From Podarcis muralis (Eukaryota): a DNA stretch of 64,000 nt. Position numbers and translations under genes: made by a program. The stretch spans positions 86,428,001 through 86,492,000 of the forward strand of contig NC_135662.1 in assembly GCF_964188315.1 (NCBI RefSeq), given 5' to 3'. Positions 63,280-64,000 of the stretch are shown here, in pieces (the first letter of the stretch is position 1; every line of letters starts with the position of its first letter). The notes below the pieces were generated by a model, which searched no databases, was not told where the DNA came from, and was given only the letters and a program-made list of their open reading frames with translations.

Positions 63280-64000
63280 TTCAGAAAAAAGTCCCCTTCC
63301 AGAAGGAGTCTTTGTGGTATCCCAGGGATAAGGAGGCTCCAGGACTTGGATGAATGCTGTTTTTTAAATCCCTCGGTATTTCCTTCCAAATGAGTTAAAG
63401 TAGCTTTTGAGCTTGCCTAGCTGCAGCAACAGAATGTTAGTCAGAGAGTTGAGGGGGTGGATTGGGGGAGGGAAGCTGAATTACAGCCATAGCGACGGAG
63501 GAGGAAAGTCAAGGCAGAAAGAGCTGATCCCCCCTCCCCCCAAAATCTGGATCAGCACCTGACTAGATGACAGCTCCATCCACTCTCCACCAGGGACAAG
63601 TCCACCTACACTCTTAAAGCTGCTGCAGCACAGGAAGTTGGGAGACCAGGACTGATCACCCCCATACCTCAACCCTAAATGTAACCAAGAGGCTGGTTTG
63701 CCACTGGTTTTGGCAGCTAAGTTTAGCAGCTCAGATTCTTGTTCTCAAGGAAACAGCACGTCCGGGAAGCATGAACGGTACAAATCCTCATTGTTCACAT
63801 TAGCTAGATTCATTCCATCTCATCTGAACAAAAGACAAACTCTCAGCTGTAGGGGATACAGAATCATAGTCTCTCTGGCGAACAACTGGTCTGATTTTTC
63901 ACTTGCAGTGAAAAAGGTATTTGTTACAGTCGAAAAGAGGAAAGATAGGGAGAAACTCTCACAGAAAGTGCTTTAGCATTTTGCAACGCAGCTTCAATAA

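Noticed and set aside
1-64000. Vault RNA, TAF7 and gamma-C3/C4 exons expected near Pcdh clusters
   Set aside because: No matching motifs were seen. C3/C4 would lie beyond the right edge, and vault RNA genes lie upstream of the alpha cluster.

Overview
Squamate (lacertid-lizard-like, judged from Sauria SINEs and MITE families) genomic DNA holding the 3' end of the clustered protocadherin-gamma locus on the minus strand. Three intact ~2.4-kb variable exons are present. The first is a clear PCDHGC5 orthologue (63279-60829). Two additional C-type-like exons (59688-57250 and 56385-53950) lie between gamma-C5 and the constant region, a position with no variable exons in mammals. Three constant exons follow (50486-50428, 40099-40011, 30638-30382), then a ~2.7-kb 3' UTR. 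The constant tail has a 7-Ala expansion. The 27 kb downstream shows no DIAPH1 exons that I could recognise. It contains two unassigned CpG-island promoters, two strong CTCF motifs pointing toward the Pcdh promoters, and a ~240-nt hairpin. Repeats include Sauria SINEs, Tc1/mariner and hAT MITEs, L2/CR1/RTE/L1 remnants, and two Penelope-like insertions with inverted ends. One Penelope-like insertion carries a near-intact hammerhead ribozyme core in the sense orientation of a Pcdhg intron. All identifications come from reading the sequence and from recalled family motifs; no database searches were run.
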